A stretch of 64,000 nucleotides of DNA, from the NCBI GenBank assembly GCA_047967505.1, contig CM106538.1, one strand, 5' to 3'. Each line of letters begins with the position of its first letter. The first letter of the stretch is position 1. Shown here piece by piece: positions 14,650 through 27,260 of the stretch. The notes beneath the pieces are model-generated. The model did not search any database and was not told the DNA's origin. It was given only the letters and a program-made list of their open reading frames with translations. Position numbers and translations under genes: made by a program. The stretch is from Dipteris shenzhenensis. Taxonomy: Eukaryota.

Positions 14650-17600
14650 GTGACATCACATTCCTAGAAAATGTGTATATGCGTCTCCGCATGGCAGGCA
14701 AAGAGGGGATATTCTCAAGTTCCAATTTGAGAGTCTATCTCTAACCAGAATTTTGCTAAGAGCTACCCTTCATAAGAGAAGATTCAATTTGTGAGAGGGG
14801 TTTTCTTTCGAAGGCCTCAGCACTCTTATCTTCCACACTGAAAAGTCATCCAAAGGGGCATGTCTTTTCCAATGAACTTTGGTATCCGTGGCAACCCAGA
14901 TACTTTCTAGCTCCTTAAAATCCTTGGTCGTACAGTTATGAAGGGGGTTGCCTGAGGGTAGAGCAAACCCCATATAGTCATTTGTAACCTTATAGAACGG
15001 GCTTGACGGCCAGTAATCTCTTATTTTGTTAATTAGAGTGGCTACAGTTGCTTTTTCCTTGACAGATAAAGCATAGTGCATCCAATCATTTCAATTGGCA
15101 ACTAATCATTTGAGCCAAGGTCCCATATGTCTGAAAAAGATTGAATATCTTTGAGGGATAGTTTCTTGTCAATTCGTGGACTAGTTTGGGCAAGATCGTC
15201 CCCTCCTTTGAGCACCCAATTTGTCAATTATGTGGCGATCTCACTAACAATCCATCTCCATGCAGAGATCTCTAGCCTATCCAAATGCATCCTCTTGCCT
15301 TCTTCCAAATCTAAATGGGACTTCAGACTATTAGTAACAATGTTGAGCAGACCATTTCAAAATATCCAATAACAAGCCAGCATAGCCCAAAGCTGATTAG
15401 AGTGTAGCTGGAGAAACCATATCATACATTGTGCATTGTTTTCTCTAATCCAAGGCCTCCCGCCGCCTTACAGATTGTAGCCAAATCCCATGAGATGGCA
15501 TGCCAGTGCTCCCTCCATAAAAATCTCAAATTAACTTATCAAGAATATTTAACGATCTGTTTGAGAAAGGAAACATTATCAAAGCATACTTTGCATAGGA
15601 GGACAAAATGTGTTTCGCCACAACCAATTTGCCCGTGAAGGCTATTTTCCATGCTTATATTTTTAAAGCTTCTGATAGCACCATTTTAAGCAACTCTCCC
15701 AAACCAACTAGGCATCCTTAGTATCTTATTATCTGTCCAGGTTTGATCCATTGCGTAACCAGTTCGAGAAAAGAAGGGGGGCGGGGGGGTTTCTCAGCCA
15801 AGCCACAATGTTGGAAGTCTTTTGAGGGATAACTTTGGAATTAGACACTGCAGCAACTTCCTTAAACACTTCCAGCAAACTTTTGAGATTTTCCTCATTA
15901 CCAAGCAAGATACTAGTATTGCTGTCAACAAAGAATTGGGCATGGAAGGTTGAGATGTCAGGCATAGGAATCCCTCTTATTAGACCTCTGTTTTTGTACT
16001 AGTCAATTTAGCAAAGCAAAGGCTTTGTTGCTATTGCAAAGAGTAAAGGGGCCAACAGGCACCCCTGATGAATAGATCTCTGGAGTTTGAATTTCTAGTA
16101 GTGATATCCATTCATTGCCACCCTTCCATAGGCATTTGAAAAGAGCATTCTTGTCATCTGCCAAAAGCCTTCACCAAAGCCAAGTTTTTGCATGGTTATG
16201 ACTATGGAGTCCCAACTCAACCTATCATATGCCTTCACAAGATCTATGTTCAACATAAGAAATTTCTCATTGAATGTGATTGCATAATATATTGTGAGCA
16301 AAACATTTAACATGGCATCATGAATATTCCTATCATATACGAAACCATATTGCCTAGGGTGAATTATCAGACCCAAACTTAACTTGATTCTGTTGGCCAT
16401 TACCTTAAATAATACTATATAGTAGTAGTTGAGCATGCAAAGGGGTGTCCAATTCTTGGGTTGAGTTTGCCTAAAGATTTAGTGCCTTATAATCCCTGTA
16501 TTCATTCTATGAGCCAAAATTCTTATAAAGCAACATGCATTTATCAGTGCAATGAAATCAAATCCACAAGTGTGCCAGTAGTACTAAAAGAATCCAATCG
16601 GGAAGCCATCTATCCCAGGTGCCTTTTATTTTGGCATATGCATCATGGTGAATTTAATTTTGACTTTAGAGAATGGTCTTGGCAACTGCATGCTTTATAA
16701 GGCATCATTCTTCTTTAAATATTAACTAAGAAAGCTTCAATCCGATCAATGTAATTGTGCACTTTGCTAGGCATGCATCTCGCTATGTTGCTTACTATCA
16801 CCCTAAATGCAATTCCCATTGGCATCATGGATTACTGAGATTGTCTCTTTTGACACTGTTCATGTATTCGTGTAAAGAAGAAGGAAGACGGCTTCTCCGT
16901 CTTGCATCCATTTGGGCCATTACCATTGTGTTATGCTCTGTCCAGCTAATAAAGGCATCCACTAAGGTTGCTAAAGTAGCCAATTTTGCATCAAAAGGGA
17001 AAATTTGAACCGTTTCCAAATAAGCAGGGCCTTGTCCAAATTGCATTAGCTTCTTCCATTCTAGTTCTCTAAGCTCTATCTTTACCGAAAGCTTTCACCA
17101 GTTTGTTTGCAGAAGACATGCAAGCCTCCCATCTCTTAATCGGGTTTGGGGTCTCGAGCCAAAGGCAAAAGATATGGAGAAATCAAACTCTTGGAGCCCC
17201 AAGTACCGAGTGTTGAGCTTGAAGGGGATTGGGTCTTTGTTTATGGCTACCAACTCTGCAAAATCTAAAAAGAGTAACAAAGGAAGATGATCTGAAGATA
17301 TGACTTCAAGTAAAACCCTACCTTGAAGCAAGGGGTTAATCATCTGCAAAGTATATTTAATCATGGTGTGCTGCTCACCACAACTCGTATCCATGTCAAT
17401 TATTTCAAGTAAAGAACTTCACGTGCTTTAAGGAATCAAAAGATGTCGAGTCTTTCAACTTGCATGCGCTCGCAAAGTCATCCCACTATTCCTTCTCCCA
17501 CATGGGATTGACCAGAAGGATTCATAATGCTATTCCAATCTCCTAGGTAGATGGCGTGTTGCCCTTGAACGTTAGTCCTAAGCCTTTGCCAAAGAAAATC

Positions 17601-18350
17601 CCTTTGCGCAGATTGATTGGGAGCATAGATAGAGACCATTGTGAATCAAGAGCATGGAATTTCACTTCAAGCAAAAGGAATTCCCTAGTTCATCTGCAAA
17701 GAGGGACACTACATCTAGTTATGTTCTGATTAAAAAAACAAGGACAATACATCTAGTTATGTTCTGATAAAAAAATCAGTTCCACCTTTTCCAAGGTACG
17801 GGCAATTGATGTATATTTCATATCCCAATATATCCCAATATACTCCACTCGTCATAGTTGTTCTCTCTCGTCTTTAACTCCTATAATGCAAAGACGTGGG
17901 GCTCATGCTTCTTAATCATGCTTTTAGCTACTACTTGTTTTCACCTGGTGCATGCACCATGAATGTTCTAGTTCATGATGCCCAGAGCTGGCCTTTACAT
18001 CTGATTGTTAGTCGTCTTCATCCACAAGGTCTTGTTGATCCACATCCTTCACAAAGGTGCAAACACATTGCTGAAGGCCTTGCCTTTACATGCTCTACCT
18101 TTAATGGATCTAAGTGACTCCCTCCTGGATGATGATGTCTCAAAGCCACCTTCTTACATGGATGCCATGTGGGACTTCTTACTGATTGGAGATTTATCTG
18201 TCCCTAGATCTCCACTATTCCCTGCCACTGTTTATGCAATTTTTCATTGCATCTTGTCCTTCACCATCGGAACTGCTCCTCTTCCATCTCGTCGCCTTGC
18301 ATATTTTTTTGCATTTCCCTGGATTGCTCAGGTCTCACCCATAGAGTAGT
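14650..18350 (-). mobile_element. Decayed L1-type LINE (endonuclease, RT, 3' region)
   Basis: Endonuclease motifs GDWN (~17540) and SDHLP (~17290). RT motifs QYGFV..RNIHD and IDLVKAYDRLSW (16095-16436) and RSIHQGCLLAPLLF (~16050-16080). Many stops and frameshifts; ends approximate. Confidence 0.85.
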
Positions 18351-18719
18351 TAGCTTCTCTCATGTGACTAAATAAAGAATCATGTGATTTTCTTAATTGA
18401 AAGAGCATCATGTGACTAATAAAAGCAATCCAATCCAATCAATAAAGATTGAAACATCTAAGGTAACAAAACAAGTCTTTAAGTGGTATGATCTGTCCAC
18501 ATTCATCAAACGATCATGTCGTTCAATGATTAATTCTTAACTTCTCCTAAGGTTGCAAGGTTCTTCATGAGTTCTTTTTTCTTTCAAGAAAGAATGGGTC
18601 AACCTCTTTCAAAAAAGGTTTTGTGGTTCAAGAACGATACATTTCTAGCAATATGCCTTGGCGCCCTACGAGCCTAAGAGCCCATGGTTGTAAAGTGAGG
18701 GAGAGTGCTGAAAAGGAAA

Positions 18720-18977
18720 ATCTTCTTCACCTTCATGTGGTAGTCATTTATGCTCATATTTTCTCTTTGCACATTATGCAACTCCTGCTTGAGCTGCATT
18801 TTCCTGGCTTGCGTATTTGTGCTATACATTTTTGTCAAAGTATCCCATGCCTCCTTCGGCGTGATTGCATCCTAAATATGCATAATCATAGAATCTGAAA
18901 TACTGATAGATAGCCAGTACATAACTTTTCTGGCTCTCTCATGCCAGCCTTTGAATGCCTGCAACTCTTGTTGAACA
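18720..18977 (-). mobile_element. Ty1/copia gag fragment, same family as the 30094-33363 element
   Basis: Closely matches 32106-32362 (tcttcttcaccttcatgtggtagtcatt...caactcttgttg). Confidence 0.85.
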
Positions 18978-20333
18978 TTAGTGTATTGGATTTAGTGTGT
19001 ATGTTGTTTCATTAATTATCAAATTACTAATAAGCCTTTATGAACAATTTGTTGGTGTCTATACCAATCTATGATAACTACTTGGCCTCTACTCACACCT
19101 TGGGCTCATGACTAGCCATTAATCAATCCATTTGCCTACCCTAATTAATGGTCTATGTAGCCCATGTGCCTACCCTAAATAAACCTAAGAAGGATGGAAG
19201 TTTTTCTACCCATGTTGTAGCCTATTTATTTCCCACAAGGAAGCCCATCTCTTTCGTCATATGGGGCCTCACACAGGACCTTTTCTTCCAACAAACATAA
19301 TGATTTCTCACAAGATTTCCATCCCTCTGATAATGATTCTTAGAAATATTAGTTTGTTGTGCAACCATACATATTCATTATACTATGTTATAACCAGTTG
19401 TCTTCATACTCCAATGGTGCACAATAAACAAATGGGGCTTCAGAGGAAAAGATAACCATAAGAGAAAGCAATCTATGAGTGAGTGTTTACAAGAATGCAT
19501 AGCATATTGATCCTTACTAATGCGAAGCAATGTGGAACATAAGACATGAAGATAGACAAAAATAGCTAAATCAAGTTACAAAATTAGTCATTGTATACCA
19601 AGATCAGCTTGTAGATGGTATAGGGTAAATCTCCAACCCCCTCAATACAAAGAGGGTACAAGAGGTGCATTGATGAGCTATATGAGAAATGGTAGTTGGA
19701 TTGTCAGGCTGACGTGGCACTACGGGCCAATGGTGATGTGTACCTATGGGTGTGGTGCCACGTGGTGGATTGTTGACTAGACCCCAATTGTGGGTGAGAC
19801 AAGATAACCCGAGTGACATGATGGTTCCCACATGGTAACTCTTTCATGACCCCATCTTGGGTGATGACCTTGGGATAAGGTATGTGCCATGCGTCGCTTG
19901 TTTGACCAAACCCTTAGAGATATATGCCAATAAAATCTTTGAAAGATTTCGTCCCTTACTGGATTTTCGTCAAGGGTTCGTTGTCAAAGGCGCATATCCC
20001 GTGAGTGGAGTTGTTGTAGAAGCATGGCTGAGCCTCTGCTACTAGTAGCCGGTCATCGTTGAGTGTAGATTTGTTGTTCTTGTAGCATTAAGAGCTATTG
20101 AGTCGGCTGTGGATTCTACTACAAGCCGGGGCTGCACATAGAGTCATTTTGCTAGAAGACCGGTTGTTGCTCGTTGGAGGTGTTACATGTGGGCACCCGT
20201 GGCAGTCCGTTGATGGAGATGTAGCATGTGGTTGTGCGGTTGGAGGAGCGTGGGAGCTCGATGGTTGTCGTGAGTGTGGCCCAGCCGTTGGAGCCTTTGC
20301 AAAGATCGCCGCTGTCGCACGAAAGGCAAGGGA

Positions 20334-20515
20334 GCTTTGATACCATGACAAAATATGAAGAGGGGAGACGAGAAGAGTGGAGATGAGGAGAGAGGGCACA
20401 GCTAGAGAGCACACCACAAATGACTAATTGTACACTAGATTTAGTTGAAAATGTAGAATATATACAAACCATTTTAGGGTTAGGGTTAGGGCATCTAACC
20501 CTTTCCTTTATAGAA
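20334..20515 (-). mobile_element. Partial Copia LTR plus tRNA-iMet primer-binding site (PBS), inverted relative to the element at 21459-24372
   Basis: Minus strand reads ...ttttgtCA TGGTATCAAAGC (PBS 20345-20334). The reverse complement of 20346-20515 matches the LTR at ~24222-24372. Confidence 0.85.
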
Positions 20516-21458
20516 CTCTAGATGTGCAGAAGGAAGTGGATTTGTTCGTGAGGCTCAAAAGTGAGTGAAACTTGTGCCAAAATGTGTGCATGATGTAACA
20601 AGCATGTACAGCACAAAAAATTGAGCGATTTTTCTTTTTGGAGCACCCTCAAATTCTTCCTAGATCAAGAGATACGGCTTGATCTAAGTGGAGGGGCAAA
20701 AAGGGTGCAAATGTGCTTAGTGATGATGTGGCAAGGTGAGTTCACATGAAGATACTGTGCCTAGCAGGGACCGTACTCAGGGATAACTGTGCTTAGGTGG
20801 TAGCTGAGTGGTCACATGTAGAAGCAGTTGTGCATGATGAGTTGGCAATTGGGTGCACATGCAAGGTGCTATGTGTGCTTAACAAGGGCTAGTGTGCCAC
20901 ATGTCACTACTGAGGTGGCAATGATGATGTGGACAAGATGAGGTGGCACGGTGCCATGTGTCAGTGGTGATGTGGTAGTACAGTTAGTTGAGTTGACATG
21001 ACTTGCTCATGTGTCATGGATGATGTGGCACCCAATCGAAGCCATGCCGAAAAATTCCTAAATAGTTCCTACTCGGAGTTAGTCCGAGCGCTCACATATG
21101 GTTTCACATCATCACATTACTTGAAACTTTACATGCCACAGTTCGTTGGGTACACTTCAGAGTGTTCAAAGATATTGATTGACAGATCATTGGGGGCAGA
21201 TAGCACATGATTTGATTTCACACACACATGCCATCTTGTAAAGCCTATTTGGCTATTTTTCGGCATTGTGCACTTTATTCAAGCCTTGTAAAGCCTCTTG
21301 GTTATTCCCGGCATCATTTGCCACAAGCCTTATAATATATTGATTATATATTGCAGTTCTATCTTCACCAAGAGCTCATATTTCACTTGACACAGTCAGT
21401 GTATTATAGTTGATTCAGACAGTGATTTCACATACACTTTGAGTACATTTCTTGCACC

Positions 21459-24372
21459 ATGTCTATGACTAGCAACCTCAAACTGGAGGCATCTGCTAAG
21501 CTAGACAACTCTAATTACGGCACATGGAAATACCAAATGGAGACCATTCTTTTACTTTAGGACAAATGGGAGTATGTCGATGGTTCTACACCTAGACCAT
21601 TGGACGATCCAGACAGCAATAGCTCTACTCTACCTGTTGTTACAATACTAGCAGCGGGATCTACAACGGGATCTCTAGCTACACCAAAAGTTTCTGCACC
21701 AATAGCAGATCCTGCCATTGACCGAGCACAGGCAGAATGGGACAAGAAAGACAAGTATGCATATCATCTGATCAAGCAGAATGTGCAAGATGACATGCTA
21801 GGACAACTCAACATAGTCAAGACATCCAAAGAAGCATGGGATATGTTCACAACTCTCTACGAGTTCAAGAACACTTCCAAGATTCTCACACTGAGAAATA
21901 AGATAAATGAGAGTTTTTGCAACAGTAGTGAAACGAGTCATGCTTATGTACTCAAAATCAAAGATTACAACAATTAACTCGCAACAATAGGAGAAACCAT
22001 GAATTCAATAGAAATGGTTCAAGTCATCCTAAATGGACTAGGAGAGGGATACGAGAATCTAGTCCAGAGTATTGCCATTCAATGATAAATTTTGACACTG
22101 GAAGGACTCCAGTCAGTTTTACTTAGTAAAGAACTCAGGACTTAGGCCATTCACGCATGCAAAGGTCATTCCAATGATCAAGCATTTACAGCTTTAGATA
22201 GAAGCTGAGGCAGAGGCTAAGGCTAAGGTAGATCATTCCCACGAAGTGGTCATCATCAGAAACAAAGTCAGCACCAACATCATCCTCAGCAATGTCAACA
22301 TCAACAAAGAGGAAATCATTCCAATTGAGGAAGATTCCAAGGATGAGGGAATGCATCCACCGTGTCAAACATTTAGTGCAACTATTGTCATAAGTTTGGA
22401 CACTATGAAAGAGATTACCACTCCAAGAAGAAGTACGACCAAGGCGGTCAATCCAGCAACAATCGAGGGAATTTTCGAGGAAGAGGAAATCATCGTGGTG
22501 GACATTCTAGTCACAGTCATTATGCAAATGGACCTGAGAACATGTTTCTTGCAAGCGAGGAAATGCAGAAGACTGATACAGTAGTGTATCTTGACACTGA
22601 TTGCAATTCAAAAGATGAATTTAGCTATCAAGTCGACCAAGCAGATCAGGATCCTTGGTACATTGATAGCAGCAATGCATCATCTCATATGACAAAATAT
22701 CAAGAATGGTTCACAGAGATGAAGCCATTAGAGGGTCAGAAGAATGTTATCTACACAGCAGATAATACATCGAATCAGTTCAAGGGAAAGGCATTGTCCC
22801 TACTATGAGCAATTCCACTGGTACGAAAGGATTGGTGAAAGATGTACTCTATGTTCTAAAGCTCAACAAGAACCTCTTATTAGTAGGTCAAATGATGGAA
22901 CACAACTATCGAGTCATCTTCGATTGAGATGAATGCACGATCAGAGACAAATCTAGAGGATATCAGCTAGAAGGAAAAGCAGTCAGGGAAGGATGCTTGT
23001 TCAAAATGCTAGCTTCGGTACTAGATTTGCATGCCATGTCAACACAACTGCAACAACAGATGCCACTATCCACAAAATGGCACAAGGGATATGGACATGT
23101 TAATTTCAAAATCTTGATAGAGCTCAAAAATCAGAATATGGCAATTAGACTTCCAAAGCTACAGTTTCTTCGAAAAGTTTGCGAAGCATGCTGCTTCGGC
23201 AAACAAAAGGGAACCAACTTTGGCAAAAGCATCTCTCGAGCACGAGGTATTCTTGATTTGATTCACACAGATGTATGGCATTATGCCCAGACCCGCAGCA
23301 TCAATGGTTCACTTTACTACTTGACTTCATATGGCAGATTACAAGATTGCAGCCACTCCCATGGAATAGAGTTTGAAACTTACAAAAGATTCAGAAAAGC
23401 CTACATTCAATGACAAGTACTATAGGTAGCTCATCGAATCTCTTATATATATGACTATCACACGGCCATATATTTGTTATCTAGTAAGTTCACTTGTGCA
23501 GTTTATGGCAAATCCAAAATAGTCTCATTGGAATGTAGCCAAAAGAGTCTTGAGATATATCAGAGGTACAAGATAGTTTGGGATAGAATACAGAGGAAGT
23601 CATCCAAGGTTGCATGGATATTGTGACAATGACTATGCCAGAGATCATGAGACCAGGAGATCGATATAGGGATATGCATTTTTCCTCAGTTAAGGTGCTA
23701 TATCATGGTTGTCAAACAAACTATCAACTGTTTCTTTGTCTTCAACTGAAGCAAAATATAGAGCACTCACTATAGGTGCATGTGAGGCTATATGGCTCAG
23801 AAGACTATTGTTAGAAACAGATTACTTTGATGAATCAAAACCAACAATAGTATAGTGTGATAATCAATGGCCAAGAATCCAATATATCACTCCACTAGGA
23901 CAAAGCACATTCATGTTAAAGAGCACTTCATTAGAAAAAGAGTGTTACTTGATAGCAAAGAGAATGTTGCAAACATCTTTACCAAACCACTAGGTAAAGA
24001 GCTTTTCGAGAAGCACCGACAAGCTCTTGGTTTGATGTAGAGGAAGGACATTCCCATTAAAGGGGTGTGATGGAATGTAATGCTCAATCCTTCTTTGATT
24101 CCCCAGAATCATCATCTTGAGGGAAGGCCTACTTCAAGATGTTGATCTTGAGGGAAGGTGTTGAGAGATCAGCTCAACATCATGTGATCATATGTGCATA
24201 GCATTAACACATATACAGTGCTATAAAGGAAAGGGTTAGATATCCTAACCCTAACCCTAAAAGGGTTTGTATATATTCTACATTTTCAACTAAATCTAGT
24301 GAATAGTTAGTCATTTGTGGTGTGCTCTCTAGCTGTGCCCTCTCTCCTCTTCTCCTCTCCCCTCTATTGTCA
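21459..24372 (+). mobile_element. Internally deleted, decayed Ty1/copia element with PPT and 214-bp 3' LTR
   Basis: gag (KLDNSNYGTWK; ORF 21600-21977), zinc knuckle CNYCHKFGH (~22378), protease WYIDS..SSHM, pre-integrase WH..YGH...CEAC and LDLIHTDVW. It then jumps to the end of RT and RNase H (GYCDNDYA, VSLSSTEA). PPT tgagggaagg 24149-24158; LTR TG...CA 24159-24372. Confidence 0.9.
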
Positions 24373-26029
24373 AAAATAGATTACTTTGATGAATCAAAGC
24401 CAAAACCAATATACTGTGATAATCAATCATCTCAAGCATTGGCCAAGAATCTAGTATATCACTCCAAGACAAAGCACATTGATATCAGATGTCATGCAGC
24501 ATTGTGATAGCAAAGAGAAAGAGTGTTACTTGGTGACATCACATTTGTGCCAACTTGTTGAGATTCTTTGTTCTTGTGGCCTTTTTATTAGCTCAAGGTC
24601 TTGTAGTTACATATACTAGATTAAAGATTTGTGTTGAACTTTCTCACTTTTAAAAATGGTGAAGTGCAAGCATTGCTTTTACAAGTGCTGAAGCCCAACG
24701 CTTGATTTTTGTGATGAATATAGATTGCTATGGATGCATTAGTGTTTGACTTTATTCATTTGAGCTTTCTTTTTGTGCTAAAATTGTTGTGGATGCATTA
24801 CTATTTGGATTTACACAATTGAGAGAGTGGCTCATGGGTTTGTGCCTTTTCTTTATCTAATATACATTTACTTGTAAAACATATATAAAAGAACACCTTT
24901 TATTTATCTAATATACATCATTTACTTGTAAAATAATAAAAGGACACCTTTGTGTATTTGCTATTATTAAAGAGATGTACACTTTTTGACATCTCACTTT
25001 GTGGTCTTTGGACTTTGATAATATCTCCAAAGAGTGTGAACCCCCATTTCATACATTTGATGGCAATCACGTTGGGACTCTTTTGATGCTGGGAGTATCA
25101 AGGGGAGTGACATGCTCAGGTCTATGAGAGGGAGAGATCTTAGATTGGATAGTCCCAACAACTTAAGGGAGCAAGTGAGAGAGCTAGAAGGTACGTGAGG
25201 ACATTGCAGAAAAGACTTATTGCATACGAAATGAGCACAAGAAGTAGTAATTGAGATGAAAGATTGAACATTCCTCTATTCAAGTTCCTCTAATAGAGCA
25301 CAAAGTTAATAATTACAAGCAATGTCTAGCCCCCCAAATAGACTTATACAAACAATAGCAATGGTGGTCAGACCAAAGTTGTGATAGAGGGAGAAGAAGA
25401 AGTGCAAACCAAATGAGAAGTCAAGGAGGAAGGATTGCACATGGGATGACCACCGAACAATTGAAAAAGAAAATGACACCAAGGTAACCAAAGAGGCCAA
25501 TGATACCAATGATACTAAAGGGGCTAATAAATAATTAAATTTGAAATTTAGATATATCATGAAAATGGAGCAAATAACATGTTAGGCCTTTAAAAATAAT
25601 GATGTTGTACCTTGTCACATCATGAATTCTACATAATATACCATGGACCATAGGTATTTGTATGAATAAATTTATTCAGATGAATATTAATTCATACCAA
25701 TAGTTACTTTTATATTAAGGATAACTTGCTCTATATGTCTTGCGACCCTACCTATATTTCCACTGTCTCTTGCTTAGCTCTCCAATTCAAAACAAAAGGC
25801 AAGAAGAAAAGTGGATTGCTAAAGCAATCTGAAGGTTTGAGCTTAGAGGGATTAATGTGTGTCTCTCTATGTGTGTGTCTATCTATGATTTGTGTTTGAA
25901 TTTTTGTGTTTGATTTTATGATTTTAGAATATGATTTTAGATGTTCGTGGTATTTTTGTTATAGAAATGCAAGAAGTTTTATTATTTCTTACTTTGTTTG
26001 GAATTCAGTATTGTTGTTGAATGCATTTC

Positions 26030-26640
26030 ACATTTTTTCCACTTGTTCATGTGAATGAACGAATGGTTTTGGAAAAAATAGTCCACTTGTGTGGGTGAAT
26101 GAATTTAAGATACTTTCACTAGTGCTAGTTAAATTATTTAGGATATACTTATTCTAGTGAATGAATTTAGGATATTTCAGTCATGCATGTGAATTAATGA
26201 ATGGTTTTAGAAAAAAATTATGCTTGTGCTTGTGAATGATTTAGCATTCTTTCATTTTCACTTGTCCATGTATAAATGGTTTTAGAAAAAACCATTCATA
26301 CATATGCTTGTGATGAATTTAGCATTCTTTCACTCATGCATGTAGATGAATGAATGGTTTTACAAAAAATCATTCTGACACATGCATTGGTGAAGAAATT
26401 TAGCATGCTTTCACTTGTGCATGTTGATGAATGAATGTCTTAGAAAAAATAATTCCTATAAGTGTGCTTCTAATGAATTCGACATTCTTCCAATCATGCA
26501 TGTGGCTGAATGAATGGTTTTTAAAAAACATTCTTACACTTGTACTTGAAAAGTTTTTTCTTCTCAATGAATCAAAGCCACTCTTTCATCTTATACTTGT
26601 GAATCAATATGCTATCTTTCTCAATGTGTGAGTAACTTTC
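26030..26640. repeat. Degenerate minisatellite, ~80-90-bp unit
   Basis: Recurring gtgaatgaattta...catgcatgt...gaatgaatggtttt-aaaaaa motifs, about 6-7 copies. Confidence 0.75.
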
Positions 26641-26938
26641 TTTTAATTCTCAATAGTTTTTTGAGAATGAATTAATAGTGATCTAAGTTTTTATCAATCA
26701 ATTAAATCAATGGTATGATTTTCATGCCTTTAATGATTTGTATTGATAATGATAATTTAGGTATATGTTTATGCTAATCAGTATCTATCTATTTATATTT
26801 ATGTTAAATCTATATCAATCTACTTAATTGCATTTAGGATGTACATTTCATGATTCATACTTGCAAATTCAGTTTATTTTAATTTTTGATTATCTATGGA
26901 TTCATTTTTTAAAAAGAGAGCTTTTTTTATAGATAAGC

Positions 26939-27260
26939 ATGGTGTGGGGCAAGATATGGTTATATGTGAGTAAGTTCAGGAAAGTACCAGCCTCAACATT
27001 ATATGTAGAATGCAAATCTTGTGGTCACAAGTTTACTAGTAGAGCTATGAATATTAAGTGACATTTTTTTGGATTTGGTTGAGACATTGAGCCTTGTATT
27101 TGTCCTCCACTTGATGTGTTCACCTTTTGTAAATCATTTAGTAAACTCTTGTGTTATGGCTTGATGCTTCTAAACATGATTGCATGAAGATTGAGGATCT
27201 AAAAGAAAAAATGTATGCAATGAAAAATAACAATGAAATGCAAGTACACAATAGAGAGAT
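26939..27260 (+). mobile_element. Possible hAT transposase N-terminal BED zinc-finger remnant
   Basis: ECKSCGHKFTSRAMNIK*HF...DIEPC resembles BED CxxC...GG.TR.K.HL...DIxPC; short gggggcta...cagacccctctatt repeats lie at 27410-27535. Confidence 0.4.
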
